Below, in pieces: positions 29,515-44,241 of a DNA stretch of 64,000 nucleotides (positions are counted from its first letter, which is position 1; the number at the start of each line of letters is the position of its first letter). Under the pieces are notes generated by a model, which saw nothing but the letters and a program-made list of their open reading frames with translations, searched no databases and had not been told where the DNA came from. Where the stretch lies: the NCBI RefSeq assembly GCF_009914755.1, contig NC_060928.1; one strand, written 5' to 3'. The translations under genes were made by a program, and so were the position numbers. The stretch is from the human T2T-CHM13v2.0 reference genome, Homo sapiens.

Positions 29515-29748
29515 TATCTATATATCTATATCTATAGATCTATGTCTATAGATCTATAGATATATAGATGTGTGTGTCTGTGTAATGCTATATAGGAACA
29601 CACACACACACACACACACACACATCCATATGTATATACCAAACTTAGTGTGTGAGATAGGAAGGGCTGAATCTATCATAATTTTACAAATTAAGAATGT
29701 GAGGCTGACAAGTAAAGTGACTTGCCAATGGTTACATAGCTCACAAGT
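29397..29748. repeat. Inverted repeat with ~117-bp arms and a microsatellite spacer
   Basis: 29397-29514 is about 90% identical (hand count) to the reverse complement of 29633-29748; the spacer is (TA)/(TCTA)/(TG)/(CA) repeats. Confidence 0.9.
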
Positions 29749-32000
29749 ATATATACTATATATATAACATTACACAAGCACACACACATACACACACATA
29801 TCAATATGTTACATTTAATCCTTTTTACTTGAAATGTGCCTCATACCCCATACTCTCACTGAAATTGTAGCCACACAACAGTTAAGTACAGTGACTAACA
29901 ACATGTTGACTGCTTGGTACATATAGTAGAGGCACTAGGAGTCTTTACTGAAAGCAAACAGTGAGGTAATTTTATCAATGTCAGCCTAATTATCTGGCTA
30001 CACTTCACACCAGTGAGTTAGGACTTGGATTTCTCTAACAAGCAGAGTAAGAATCTATTCAGAATTCCACCATTTTTATTTTCTTATAGAACAAATAACA
30101 TAAAATGAAAGGTGCATATCTGTCTTTACAAGGGAGAGAAATGGTAAGAAAGTAAATTTAAGAAGAAAGAGGAGAAGGAGAAGTGAGGAAAACAATGATA
30201 GAGTAAAGTGGAAATGACCTTGACGGACCAGATGATTTATGGGGATTTCATTGAAGCTGTACAACAATTGGGACATAGTCAGGAGACCAGGGGGATGGAA
30301 AAATCACAGTAATTGTACTTTATAAATAAACTTGAAACATGTTCTTTTTTCATCTATCAGGGTAAGAAAACCAAGTCAAAACTTAAAGAAAATTGTATAT
30401 ACTTGGCGAATGTGCTAATACTGCCAGCAACATTGTCTAAGTTTCTAAATTAAAAAACAAACAAACAAACAACAACAACAAAAAACCATCCTTTCACAGG
30501 GCTTACTCTAGCCATTGTAAATATTCTCAACTTCATAAAAAAATGCTCAAACCAGGATGGTTTGTAAAAACTGTCTTCACTTCCACTCTCCTAAATCTAT
30601 GCACTGAATACTTCACTACAACAAAGTAGTAGTTGGTAGTAGCAGTTGGCCTTTTGCCTTTTAAAGGCTTTCATACTTCCATCACACAAATTCTATGGTC
30701 AGTTTTCAATTTTACTTTTCCTCAGTCTCCCAGCAGCATTTCACACATTATTTTCCATTCCTCCTGCCCAAGTTTCTGTTTCTGGTTTCTTTTCCTTTTT
30801 CCTACCTGTAGTAAAATGTATTTTTAAACATATTTGTTCCTAATTTATTAAATATGATCAATAAATATATACTGAATGAAATTAAGTGAAGCTAAACTAT
30901 TAAAATCTATGAGTCCATATTGTATTACTAACAATAGGCCAGATAACCCAAAATATCCACTGTAAATCAGTTGTCTTATGTTGTCTTCATTCTTGGGTGA
31001 ATCTGACAGAGTGGCCTCGACCTAGATCATTCTATAATGATTCCTTCAGCTGAGAAAAAATATGGCACTAGCTCATATTTCATTGGCCAAAACTAATAAT
31101 ATAGCTCTGTATGAGTTCCACAGGGAGAACATATATAATCCTCCAGCAAGGAGAGATATCAGTTTTGGTGAGCAGTAATACAATCAACTAACAAATATGA
31201 ACAACAACAACAACAAAAAGAAACAAAACATCCAGTAGAGATAATTATTACAATATTTTCCCCCTGAAACTTGGTAATTTTAAAAAATCAATAATTTCTC
31301 TGCCTTTTAGGACCAACTGTAAATTGTCTTCATTGTTGGAGAAACACTCCATTACAGAAAATGCCTGCTAATAAAAGCAGAAGGAATATTCGCATTTCAA
31401 TGACAGATTCAGGCAAGGATTACAAACAAATATTAAAAGGAGTAGCTTATGCTGTTGGGAAACAATATATGTTCAGTTCCAAAGTAAGACCTCACACTTC
31501 TCTTAATAAATTCAAAGTGAAACACTGTATCTGTAAATTAGAGAGGTTTGGAGGTTAGTATGAATAATCCTAACAGCACTAATAAAAGGACACTCAATAT
31601 TATGTCCCTCTCCCTATTGTGTTGCAAAATGAAGAGGGATCATTGCACATGAAATATTTATGCAAAAAATGTTTAACTTGAATCCAGTAAAGCCTTGAGG
31701 CATAACTTTTACTTTACAAGAATAAAGTTTTAAAGGAACATGGAATGACATCACAAGGGAACACTTACTAAAATTCACTGTGTGAGGCATTTTACAGAAA
31801 AACTGGCTAGGACTTTTCAAAGAGTTAATGTTATTTTAAAAATGTAAAAGCTAAAAGGATTTTTTTCCATCAAAAAAGACAAAGAAGGCACACAGGTGAA
31901 TATGTTACATGAACTTTCATTGGACCCTCATTAAAATTATACAGCTATAAAATATTATTTTGGAAAAAAAAGATATTTTCAATATAGATTTGATATTAAA

Positions 32001-33883
32001 AATGACTTCAGTAAAGTTTAAGGATATAAAAATCAATGTACAAAAATCAGCAGCATTTCTATAGACTATCAATGTTCAAAATGAGTGGCAACTCAAGAAC
32101 ACAATGCCATTTACAACAGCCATTAAAAAAAAATCTAGGAATACATATAACCAAAGAGGTAAAGATCTCTACAAGAAGAAATACAGTCACTGCTGAAATA
32201 AATCAGATTTGACACAAACAAATGGAAAAATATTTCATGCTCATGGATTGGAAAAATCAGTCTCATTAAAATTGCCACACTGCCCAAAGCAACCTAGAAA
32301 TTCAACAATATTCCTACCAAACAATCATCATTTCTCACGGAATTAGAAAAAGCTATTCTAAAATTCATATAGAACCAAAAAAGATCCCAAATAGCAAAAG
32401 CAATCCTAAGCAAAAAGAACAAAACCAAAGGAATCACATTATTTGACTTCAAACTATACTATAAGGTTACAGTAACCAAAAGAGCATGGTACCAGTAAAA
32501 AATAAACACATAGACCAATGGAATAGAACAGGGACCTCAAAATAAAACCACACACTTACAGACCTCTGACCTTTGACAAAGTCTACAAAAATAAGCAATG
32601 GGGAAAGACTCCCTATTCAATAAATGGTGCTGGGATAGCTGGCTAGCCATATGCAGAAGAATGAAACTGAACCCCTCTTTTATCATATTTAAAAATTAAC
32701 ATGAGATGAACTAAAAAGTTAAATGTAAGACCACAAACTACAAGAATCCTAGAAGAAAACCTAGGAAATACCATTCTGGACATCAACCTTGGAAAAGAAT
32801 TTATGACCAAGCCCTCAAAAGCAATTGCAACAAAACCAAATTTGACAAGTGAGACCTAATTCAAATAAGAGCTTCTGCATAGCAAAAGAAATTATCAACA
32901 GGGTAAACAGACAACCTACAAAATGGGAGGAAATATTCACAAACTATGCATACAACAAAGGTCTAATATCCAGAATGTATAAGTAGCTTAAACAATTCAA
33001 CAAGCAAAAAACAAGTAACCCTGAGCAATTCTGTAAAGACAAGTAGGCAAAAGACATGAACAAACACTTCTCAAAAGAAGACATAGAAGTGACCAATAAA
33101 CATAGAAAAAATGCTTCATATCACTAATCATGAGAGAAATGCAAATCAATACTACAATGAGATACTATCTTATACCAGTTAGAATGGCTACTATTAAAAA
33201 GTCAGAAAACAACAGATGCTGGTGAGGCTGCAGAGAAACGGGAACACTTATACACTGTTGATGGGAATGTAATTAGTTCAGCCACTGTGGAAAGCAGTAT
33301 GGTGATTCCTCAAAGAGCTAAAAGCAGAACTACCACTTGAACCAGCAATCCCATTACTGGGCATATACCCAGAAGAATATAGATCATTCTACCACAAAGA
33401 CACATGTGTGCATATGTTCATTGCTGCAGTATTTGCAATAGCAAAGACAAGGAATCAACCTAGGTGCCCATCAAGAGTGGATTGAATGAAGAAAATGTGG
33501 TCCATATACACCATGGATTACTATGCAGCAATAAAAAAGAACCAAAGCATGTCCTTTGCAGTAACATGGATGCATCTGGAGGACATTATTGTAAGCAAAT
33601 TAATGCAGGAACAGAAACCAAATACTGCATGTTCTAATTTATAAGTTAGGGCTAAATATTGGTAAAAATGGACATTAAGATGACCACACTAGACACTGGA
33701 GAGTGCTAGAAAAGGAGGAAAGGAGGGAGGCAAGTGATGAAAAATTAAGTGTTGGGTACTGTGCTCACTACCAGAGTAATGGTGTCAATCGTACTCCAAA
33801 GCTCAGCATTACACAATATATGCATTTAACAAACAAGCACATGTACCCTATGAATTTAAAATAAGTTGAAATTATTAAAAAAA
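32001..33883 (+). mobile_element. 5'-truncated L1 (L1PA17/L1PB4-like), ORF2 3' part and 3' UTR
   Basis: ORF2-like text from 'ttcagtaaagtttaaggatataaaaatcaatgtac' to 3' UTR 'ctcagcattacacaatat...aaataagttgaaatt' and a short A tail. Confidence 0.85.
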
Positions 33884-34429
33884 TGGTGTAATTGTTCATT
33901 TTCTCTTGTAATTGAACTGAGATCAAATCCTGATTATTATAACGTTATATTGAAATATTTGTAGATGAAGTTCTATAAATTTGCACTAACTTTCAAATGC
34001 TTTAAAAATAAAAATAATATGGCAAAATAACTCGAATTCAGGTGTTAGATCTATAAAATTTCATTTTATTATTTGATTACTTTTAGGTATGATTAAACTT
34101 TTCAACAGTAAAAAGTAGAGAACAAACTACAATGAGATGTCACTTCTTCTAATAAGACTTGCACAGCTTTGAAAATCTCACCTTGTCTAGTTATGGGAAG
34201 AATATGGCCAACTGAGCAATTCCGTATATCAATAGCTAGATTATACATTTTCATGAAAAACAATTTTTGAAAATCTTGTGAAAACTATTTGATAAGAATA
34301 TTCATTCCTGCTTAATTTATACTATTAAACAATTAGAAATAACTAAGATATCTGCAAATAAAAGGATGTTTGCATGAAACATGATCCATTCATATGATAG
34401 ATAAGGAAAAATACACATTTTATTAGTAA

Positions 34430-34839
<410 letters not shown>

Positions 34840-35390
34840 TTATTTTTATTTTATACTTTTTTATATACTTGAAAAAATTAAGCCATGAAACACTGTGTAA
34901 TAATGATCACATGCCAATCCAAGTGTCAGAACTGGAACTAAGTCAAAGAATATCTGCATCTTGTTTTTTTTTTTTTAATTAAAACAAAACTATGTGAAAA
35001 TAATAATAAAACTTAAGCCCAAATTTTTTATGCCTTTCTTTACATTGCTTAGCTAGAGTTTTACAGAACAAAGAATCCAGGTCCTATGATGCTTATGCTT
35101 TTATTGTGGTGTGATAGCAGTCTGCATATACATTTTCTAACTACACAGCTAATTACAAAATGAAGTTCAAGATAGGATGCTTTTGTCAACATCAGTTTAA
35201 AAAGTTAACATTCTGATTTGGAATATGCTTGCTAAAATAAGCATGTTTATTAAAATATAATACTTTAGAGTTTCTATTTAGTATTTGAATACAATTTTAA
35301 AATTGAATGACATTTTTTAAAATGTCAGGTTTTATTTTAAATAAGTAAAGATTAAGGTTTTTTTAAGTGTTTTCTTTCAAATTGCCTAGC

Positions 35391-37506
35391 TATTTATCTT
35401 TGTTTTTATTGCATTTGCTTTTGGGTTCTTGGTCATGAAATCCATGCCTAAGTCAATGTCTAAAAGGTTTTTCCGATGTTATCTTCTAGAATTTTTATAG
35501 TTTCAGGTCTTAGATTTAAGTCCTTGAGCCATCTTGACTTGAATTTTTTATAAGGTGAGAGATGAGGATCCAGTTTCATTCTTCTACATGTGGCTAGCCA
35601 GTTACTCCAGCAACATTTATTGAATAGGGTGTCCTTTCCTCACTTTATGTTTTTGTTAGCTTTGTTGAAGGTCAGTTGGCTGTAAGAATTTGGGTTTATT
35701 TCTGGGTTCTCTATTCTGTTCCATTGGTCTATGTGCCTTTTTGTATACCAGTACCATGCTGCTTTGGTGACTGTAGCCTTATAGTATAGTTTGAAATCAG
35801 GTAATGTGATGCCTCCAGATTTGTTCCGCCTCCCTGGTTCACACCATTCTCCTGCCTCAGCCTCCCGAGTAGCTGGGACTACAGGCACCCGCCACCATGC
35901 CTGGCTAATTTTTTTGTTGCTGTTGTTGTTGTTGTTTAGTAGAGACGGGGTTTCACCATGTTAGCCAGGATGGTCTCAATCTCCTGACTTTGTGACCTGC
36001 CCACCTCGGCCTCCCAAAGTGCTGGGATTACAGGTGTGAGCCACTGCACCTGGCCTGTTCTTTTTGCTTAGTCTTGCTTTGGCGATGTGGACTCTTTTTT
36101 GGTTCCACATAAGTTTTAGAATTGTTTTTTGTAGTTCTGTGAAGAATTATCGTGGCATTTTGATGGGAATTGCATTAAATTTGTAGATCGCTTTTGGCAG
36201 TATGGTCATTTTCACAACATTGATTCTACCCATCCTTGAGCATGGAATGGGTTTCCACTTGTTTGTGTCATCTATGGTTACTTTCAGCAGTGTTTTATAG
36301 TTTTCCTTGTAGTGGTCTTTCACCTCCTTGGTTAGGTATATTCCTAAGTATTTTTTTTTTCAGCTATTGTAAAAAGAGTTGAGTTCTTGATTTGATTCTC
36401 AGCTTGGTCACTGTTGGCGTATAGACAAGCTACTGATTTGTGTACATTAATTTTGTATCTAGAAACTTTGCTGATTTCTTTAATCAGTTCTAGGAGCTTT
36501 TTGGAGGAGTCTTTAGGGTTTTCTAGGTATACAACCATATCATCTGCAAACAGCAACAGCTGGACTTCCTCTTTACCAATTTGGAAGGCCCTTGTTTCTT
36601 TCTCTTGTCTGATTGCCCTGGCTAGGACTTCTAGTACTATGTTGAATAGAAGTGGTGCAAGTGGGCACCCTTGTCTTATTCTGGTTCTCAGAGAGAATGC
36701 TTTCAACTTTTCCTTGTTGAGTATAATGTTGGCTGTAGGTTTGTTATAGGTGGCTTTTGTTACATTGAGGTATGTCCCTTGTATGCCAATTTTGCTGAGA
36801 GTTTTAATCACAAAGAGATTCTGTCAAATCCTTTTTTGCATCTACTGAGATGATCATGTGATTTTGGTTTTTAATTCTGTTTACGTGGTGTATCACATTT
36901 ACTGACTTGCTTATGTTAAACCATCCCTGCACCCCTGGTCTGAAACCCAGTTGATCATGGTAGATTATCTTGTTGTTATGTTGTTGGATTTCGTTAGCTA
37001 GTATCTTATTAAGGATTTTTGCATCTATGTTCATCGAGGATATTGGTCTGTAGCTTTCTTTTTTGGTTATGTTCTTTCCTGGTTTTGGTATTAGGGTGAT
37101 ACTGTCTTCATAGAATGATTAAGGGAGGATTCCCTGTTTCTCTATCTTGTGGAACAGTGTCAATAGAATTGGTACCAGTTCTTCTTTGAATGTCTGGCAG
37201 AATTCAGGTGTGAATTTATCGATGATTCCTGGGCTTTTTGTTGTTGTTGGTAATTTTTTTTTTATTAGCATTTCAATCTTGCTGTTTGTTATTCGTCTGT
37301 TCAGGATATCTAATTCTTCCTGATTTAAGCTAGGAGGCTGGCATCTTTCCAGGAATTTATCCATCTCCTCTAGGTTTTCTAGTTTATGTGTGTAAAGGTT
37401 TTCATAGTAGCCTTGAATAATCTTTTGTATTTCTGTGGTGTCAGTTGTAATATCTCCTGTTTCATTTTTAGTTGAGCTTATTTGGATTTTCTCTTTTTTT
37501 TTTTGG
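35391..37506 (-). mobile_element. L1PB-type ORF2 internal fragment, truncated at both ends and interrupted by an Alu
   Basis: Minus-strand ORFs 36344..36811 (FADD, RQGCPL), 36804..37034 and 37119..37565 are L1 ORF2. Confidence 0.9.
35827..36055 (-). mobile_element. AluY-like element lacking its 3' ~70 nt and poly(A) tail
   Basis: 'ttcacaccattctcc' and 'gttagccaggatggtctc' are AluY-like; tgttc flanks both sides. Confidence 0.85.
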
Positions 37507-39920
37507 TTAAGATAACATATTAATATTGAAAAGAATTTAAAGTAGCATTTTCTCCATAACAACACTTAATTGATTAGAGCATCATGCTGTTGTAAGTGGG
37601 GGTAGGGGTGGGGAACAATTATCACCTTTATCGTTTGGAGTAGGGGGAGTAGACGCCATTCTTCAGGGGGGTGCCATGTCAGGCTTGGTATTCTCTATTC
37701 CTTTTCCACACTCTCCTTTATTTCCTCTTATGCAAAGAGAAATTATTTATCTGATTGTGGAATTGTCAAGACACTGATATCCACTGAGTCATACCCATGC
37801 TATGTAGTGCGCGTATCGCTACATGAATAGTGTGCATACCTATGGACACTAATTTACAATTTGTCTGAACAGCAGAAACAGCCCTGACTCTGTTTCTTGC
37901 TCTACAGTACCACCAGAAATTGTATGCATCAAGTCTTTGGAGCCTCCTAGGACTCTGACAGGAACCCACCAGGCTTCTTCTTTCCTTTTCTGTGCTTTCT
38001 GCTGTGTTACTTTTGTTAGCTGCTGAAATCCTTCATATAGTTGTCTAGGCAAGTGTCTGCTATTCAGGCCCAACATTTTCCAAGAAGATAATTCCATAAT
38101 TTCATTCATTTGGGTTTGACGATTTGGTAGGAGAACATATACATTGAAGGAAGTTCTTCTTTTGAGTAGAATCCAAACTGCATTCTCCAGTTTAGCTATA
38201 ACGGAAAGCCCTTGTACTTTTAGTGTTATTGAGCTCTTACATTGTGTATTAATGTCATTAACCTGCATATTTTCAATATTCTGCCCTAGTATTCAGTTTT
38301 AGTTTGTAAAAACTTTAAAGGAGAGAGGTATTGATTCTTGAATACTCACATAATTCTGCCTCTATATAATGTATCTAAATATTCGCCCTCCTTTTCTTTT
38401 CCTCCATGCTGAATATAAAATAAAAATCAAATTTCAGAATTTAGTATTTTATTAAGTGAGAGAGCAATATAACATTGGGAGAGTGATCTTTTTATTATTT
38501 ATTCTTAAAACTTTAAAAATGTGTTATGAAGCTGACATTTTGATTTGTTGGACTGAGGGAGGGGATGGGAAGAAGGTATTATTCAATATATTTTGGATAA
38601 TATTCAAATATATTTATTTTCAAAATTTTACCCACATTTTTCTTAGGTTGATTTGTGATCAAAGAGAAAAAAGGCAAGCCAGAAAATAAAATATCCTTAC
38701 AATTTTAATATCAACTATTTACATAGTCTAACATCACTCCATGCTAACTTAAAGTGTGGAAACTCTTCTAAAACACCAAATAATTACTGGTTTAGTTTTT
38801 TATATTCTAATAAACTGTGTAGTACATAGGAGCCAATGGTGTTTTACAACTAGCAAGCAATTTCTGTAAAAGTAGGGTATCTGTTTCAGACAACATAAAA
38901 CATAATTTTCAGATTAATTGGAATAAGGAGGTGATATGCTCAGATAACACTAAAAGGAAAACAAGGTTCAAGAATCAGAAAATTCAATAAAATAAGCACC
39001 TTATCTCTAGCAAACCATATGGGACCTTAAGCCATGAATCCTTAGGTGCTAACTTTACCTCTTGGTTTACTGGATTTATTTATTTTGACTCATCAGAAAC
39101 TTCATATTTTTCTATTGTGTACATTTTTTGTAAACCACATCATATTTTTTGTGGAATGGTATAAAGTATAGTTGATTAAATATGTTTCCAATTTTAAGGA
39201 GTTTAGATTGCTTTTAGAGGAGATTTTTATGCTTTACACAACCAACCTAGTGCTTCAAAATTCAATCAACTTTACTTTGTACAACTGCTTTAAGTACTTG
39301 TTTACACATTTTTTTCTAGAATCAATTATGTTATAGGTCCTTATATATGATTTACTAAGTAGTTTGAGTAGAAGTTTTAGGAAGCATAGAAAATATTTAT
39401 TTTATTCTGTAAATAGAGCCAGTTTATTGATTCAAGTAATAGTGTATATTTTCAATTTTTAAAGTGGTTCTAGTGATTTTTTTCACTTAAGATTTTATTT
39501 AACAATGTTTTCACAGAAAGAAAAACAGCATACAATATATCACAAATAGATTAACTAAAATATCGCCAAACAATGCTTACATCTTTGTAAAATGACTACC
39601 TTACAGAGCAATCTACTCAAAATTATATATAAATAAATATTCTGGTTGTAGTATAGTTGATAGGGAATTATATTAGATAAAATAGGCCAGAAATGTTGTT
39701 TTATAGTAAGTTTTCCTTTGTTCCAGGAAGTTTCAATTCAGAATTTCAGAAACATAATTCTCTGAACTTATTTGTTCATTTACCTTCCATAGAAATATTT
39801 CAATAATATGTGAATTTTCAAGATGACCCGGAATGAGAGCGATCAATGTTCAAACCATTCTTGCTACAGATTTAAGATGCAATTCAATTCAGAGGTTTGA
39901 CCTTGGTTTTCATAACTTAA

Positions 39921-40211
<291 letters not shown>

Positions 40212-42299
40212 TAAATTGTTATATTGAGTTAAATAACTAATTTGGAGTCAAATTACTCAAAGAATATAGATATGGTATTGCTAAGGGAATGTAGGTGCTG
40301 GGTTATTACTGTTTGAAAAATATATGTAATATGAAACATTAAAAATAATTAATTATTGCTCTTTGAATAACTTTATACAAATGGAGAAAAAACTATTTGA
40401 ACAATCCCTATGGGCTTGAGGCTCAGACTTCTGAGGATAGGATGCTATCCAACTGTTGGTATCTCTGAAAAGACAGGATAGGGTGCTTCTAGGAGTACCA
40501 AAATAAGTTAGACTCTAATTGCTAATGCCTGGGCAACACTAAGAGGAACATTAAGTGGAAAGGAGAAAGTCCCTTCTCTCCTTCTCAGCTTTCTTTTTTG
40601 AGAGCCATTTACTGGCAAAACCTAACAGAAAGTCAACGCTCCAGCATTACCGAGCAGATGGAGGTGATGATAAATACCTGGTCTAGGACATCTCCCTATT
40701 ATTCAGTATTCACGGATATTCCTACAAGCATAATAAAACGTCCATCCAGTATTTACTTCATGTTTCTATTTAACAAGATGTGATGATTCTCCGACAAATG
40801 AACTGTTACCATCAAAAGGTATAAAAATATCTATCTCTGCCTGATGTTAATTCTTCTTCTGGTTTAATCATTATCCCAATGAATCTCTATTAGAGATAAA
40901 AAAAAATTTAGAACAATATTGCCAAGGAAGTATTGTCACTATCATTAATTTTTTAAAGAATGTCTATAATATATAAAAAAATTTAAATCATCATTAAGTC
41001 TTTTCGAGTTTTGGATGGGTGCCATCATCCATCACATTAAATCTGTATTAAAGCTGAACAGCTTAATGGAGTGGTGGTGAACCACTGGACATACAGATCT
41101 GTGCCTATTTACTATTTTCCTAATTATCTATCTGTTTACCCTGCCTTCCCTCACTCCCTCCCTACATTGCTCTCTCATTTCTTTTTCTAACTTTCTCACT
41201 TGCTGGTTCTCCTTCTAGTAGAAAATCTTAAATACTTTAGGAATTGATGAGAACAAGTTGAGGGGGAAACAGAGATAGAGTTAGTGTCTGCAACAGCTGA
41301 AAAATAAGAAGTTGACCAAATTTGTAGACTTAATGAAGAACATTAGACCCAATGTCAGCAACATACTCCTTAGCATTTTAGATACCTTATAGGGATTTTA
41401 CTTGAATCATTATTTTTTATAAAAAATATATCAAATGAATAAATTTTAAATTACGTTCTGATTTTCTTTTTTGTATTACATTATCAGGCAGGGTACATTA
41501 ATAAAAGTATTAGAGTTATAAAGGCAAAATAGAAACCATGTTATAAACAATATCATAGCCTAAGTTTTTGCTTCTTTGCAGATGAATTACTGAGATTTTG
41601 AAAAAATTCTAAAAATTAAATAGCATAATATATAGAGAGGGATTCTGGTTTAAACTGGCAGACTTATAAATAACTTCCATTTGTAAAAGGTCACGTTGAA
41701 GTCATAGAAAATACGTAAAAAGAACTAAGTAAGTAAATGTAAAAAATCATGAAGCACAAAAAAATAAGAAAATACAAAAGTTTGGAGAAATTCCCAGAAA
41801 AAAGGCAGATGGTAGTTGATCCAATTAATCTAATTAGCCTTTACAATTAATAATATTTTTATAATTCTAATAAAGTAAATGCTACTTATCCATTTTTAAT
41901 TTTCAAATGTAACATATAGAAAAATCCTGATGAACTTAATTATAGGTAAAGCACAGAATGTAAATGTTGTAACCTGTATTTAAAAAGTAAAATAATAGTA
42001 ATAATAATATAGTACAAACAGAAAGAAGTAATATTTTAAATATCTCCCTCTTTCATATTTGAGAATCAATGTAATCTTTAACATTTACATAAATCAAGAC
42101 AAGTATGTAAAGTGTTATTTATACACTAATAAAGATAGTAAATAAAAGAAGCAAAGTTTGTCAAAACAAAATAAGGGATGAAGACATCAATAATATACTG
42201 ATAAATGAAGAGAAAACTAAATATCATATTTGTACTTATAAGAATTACTACTTAAAATATTAAAAAGAAGTATTTTATGTGGAACAATTTGTCACTACC

Positions 42300-42930
42300 T
42301 TTTGTCTTCTTAACCGCTTTATGTTTGAGGAATACAGCAAGATATTAAGCAGAATGACTCCTAATTTTGGTTTATTTGATGTGTCCTCATATTTAGATTC
42401 AGGTACCATTTTTAGCAGAATTTCCCCAGAAATACTATGTCATCATTTTAGGAAGTAAGTAATGTTAAATTTGTGCACAATTTGTTGCAATATTATTGAT
42501 TGTAACTTTAATCACTTATTTAGGGTGGTAAAAATTAAGGTTTTCAACTGTGAAATCACTCCCTATTGTAAGTAATAAGAAATTTGTAGGTAGATACTTT
42601 GAGAATGTGCACTGTGAATTTGATAATACTGCATTGATGTTAAATTTCTAGATTTTGATAATTGTATTGTACCTCTATATCAGAATATGTTGCTGATAAG
42701 AAATACATGTAAAGTAGTATATTAAGATGTAAAAGGATACAATATCCTGAAATTAATATCAAATAGTTAAAAAAGAATATTATCTTTGTATAAATATATA
42801 CATAGAGAATAATAAAATATCGATGTTGCAAAGAGTTAGAATTGATGAATCTGAGTGAAGGATACCTGGAATTTCCTTGTGCTATTTTTGAATCTTCTTT
42901 GTAAGTTTGAAAATAAAATAAAAAACTACA
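42300..42930. mobile_element. Old L1M 3'-end fragments (L1MC4-like on minus, then L1MD/ME-like on plus)
   Basis: 'gtgtcctcatatttagattcagg...gtagatactttgagaatgtg' followed by 'gatgaatctgagtgaaggatacctggaatttccttgtgctattttt...gtaagtttgaaa'. Confidence 0.5.
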
Positions 42931-43012
42931 AAAATAAAATGATGGTGTCCTCTCAGATTTGAGACTATGTGTTGAAGATGGTAACAGGGAAATTATCTCA
43001 TTTTTTTCTTAA

Positions 43013-43330
<318 letters not shown>

Positions 43331-43827
43331 CATATAATTATTTTAAGTAAGCAAAACAATTTAATAATATGAAACTTTAAGCATTTAGCACAATACTTAG
43401 CACATAGTGAGGACTTAACAGTGGTGTATGAGTAGTGTGCTATTCCTTGAGGAATACAAAAAGAAACATTTGTTCTTCACATTTTCTAAATGAAGAACTC
43501 TAAGGTTGTGTATTAATGGTTGTTTTGTAGAGAACTTTACTCTCAGGCTCTCTGAACTAACACAAACCTTTTGACTGGTACCATTTCACAGGTCACATGG
43601 CAGTAACCTAAACATATTAAAATTAACTGTGGGAAACAGTAAAAAGGCTGCCAGGACAGGTTCAAATCACTGGACAAAATGATGATATTCAAAAAATGAA
43701 TTTCTGTAGGTTTCCTTCAAATTAAGGTGACTTATAAGAAGTAAATGAAGATAATATGCCCAAGACTTTTTACACTCATTTCTTCTTTGAGGTATGTGCT
43801 TAACAAATAAAATTTGTAAAACATTGG

Positions 43828-44188
43828 TTTTTTTTTTAATTTCAATAGTTTTTTTGGGAACAGGTAGTTTGTTTACATAAATAAGTTGTTTTGTGGCGAT
43901 TTCTGAGATTCTGCACCCATCACCCGAGCAGTGTACACTGTTCCCAATGCGTAGCCAACCCTTTCCCTTGAGTCCTGAAAGTCCATTGTATCATTTTTAA
44001 GCCTTTGCATCCTCGTAGCTTAGTTCCCACTATGAGTGAAAACATGCGATGTTTGATTTTCCATTTCTGAGTTACTTCACTTAGAATAATGGTCTCCAAT
44101 TCCATCCAGGTTGCTGTAAATGCCATTATTTTCTTTCTTTTTATGGCTGAATAGTATTCCGTGGTGTGTGTGTGTGTGTGTGCATATA

Positions 44189-44241
<53 letters not shown>

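Noticed and set aside
37849-38268. 139-aa minus ORF in unique sequence
   Set aside because: No recognisable motif, promoter or splice context; compatible with chance, though a conservation check was not possible
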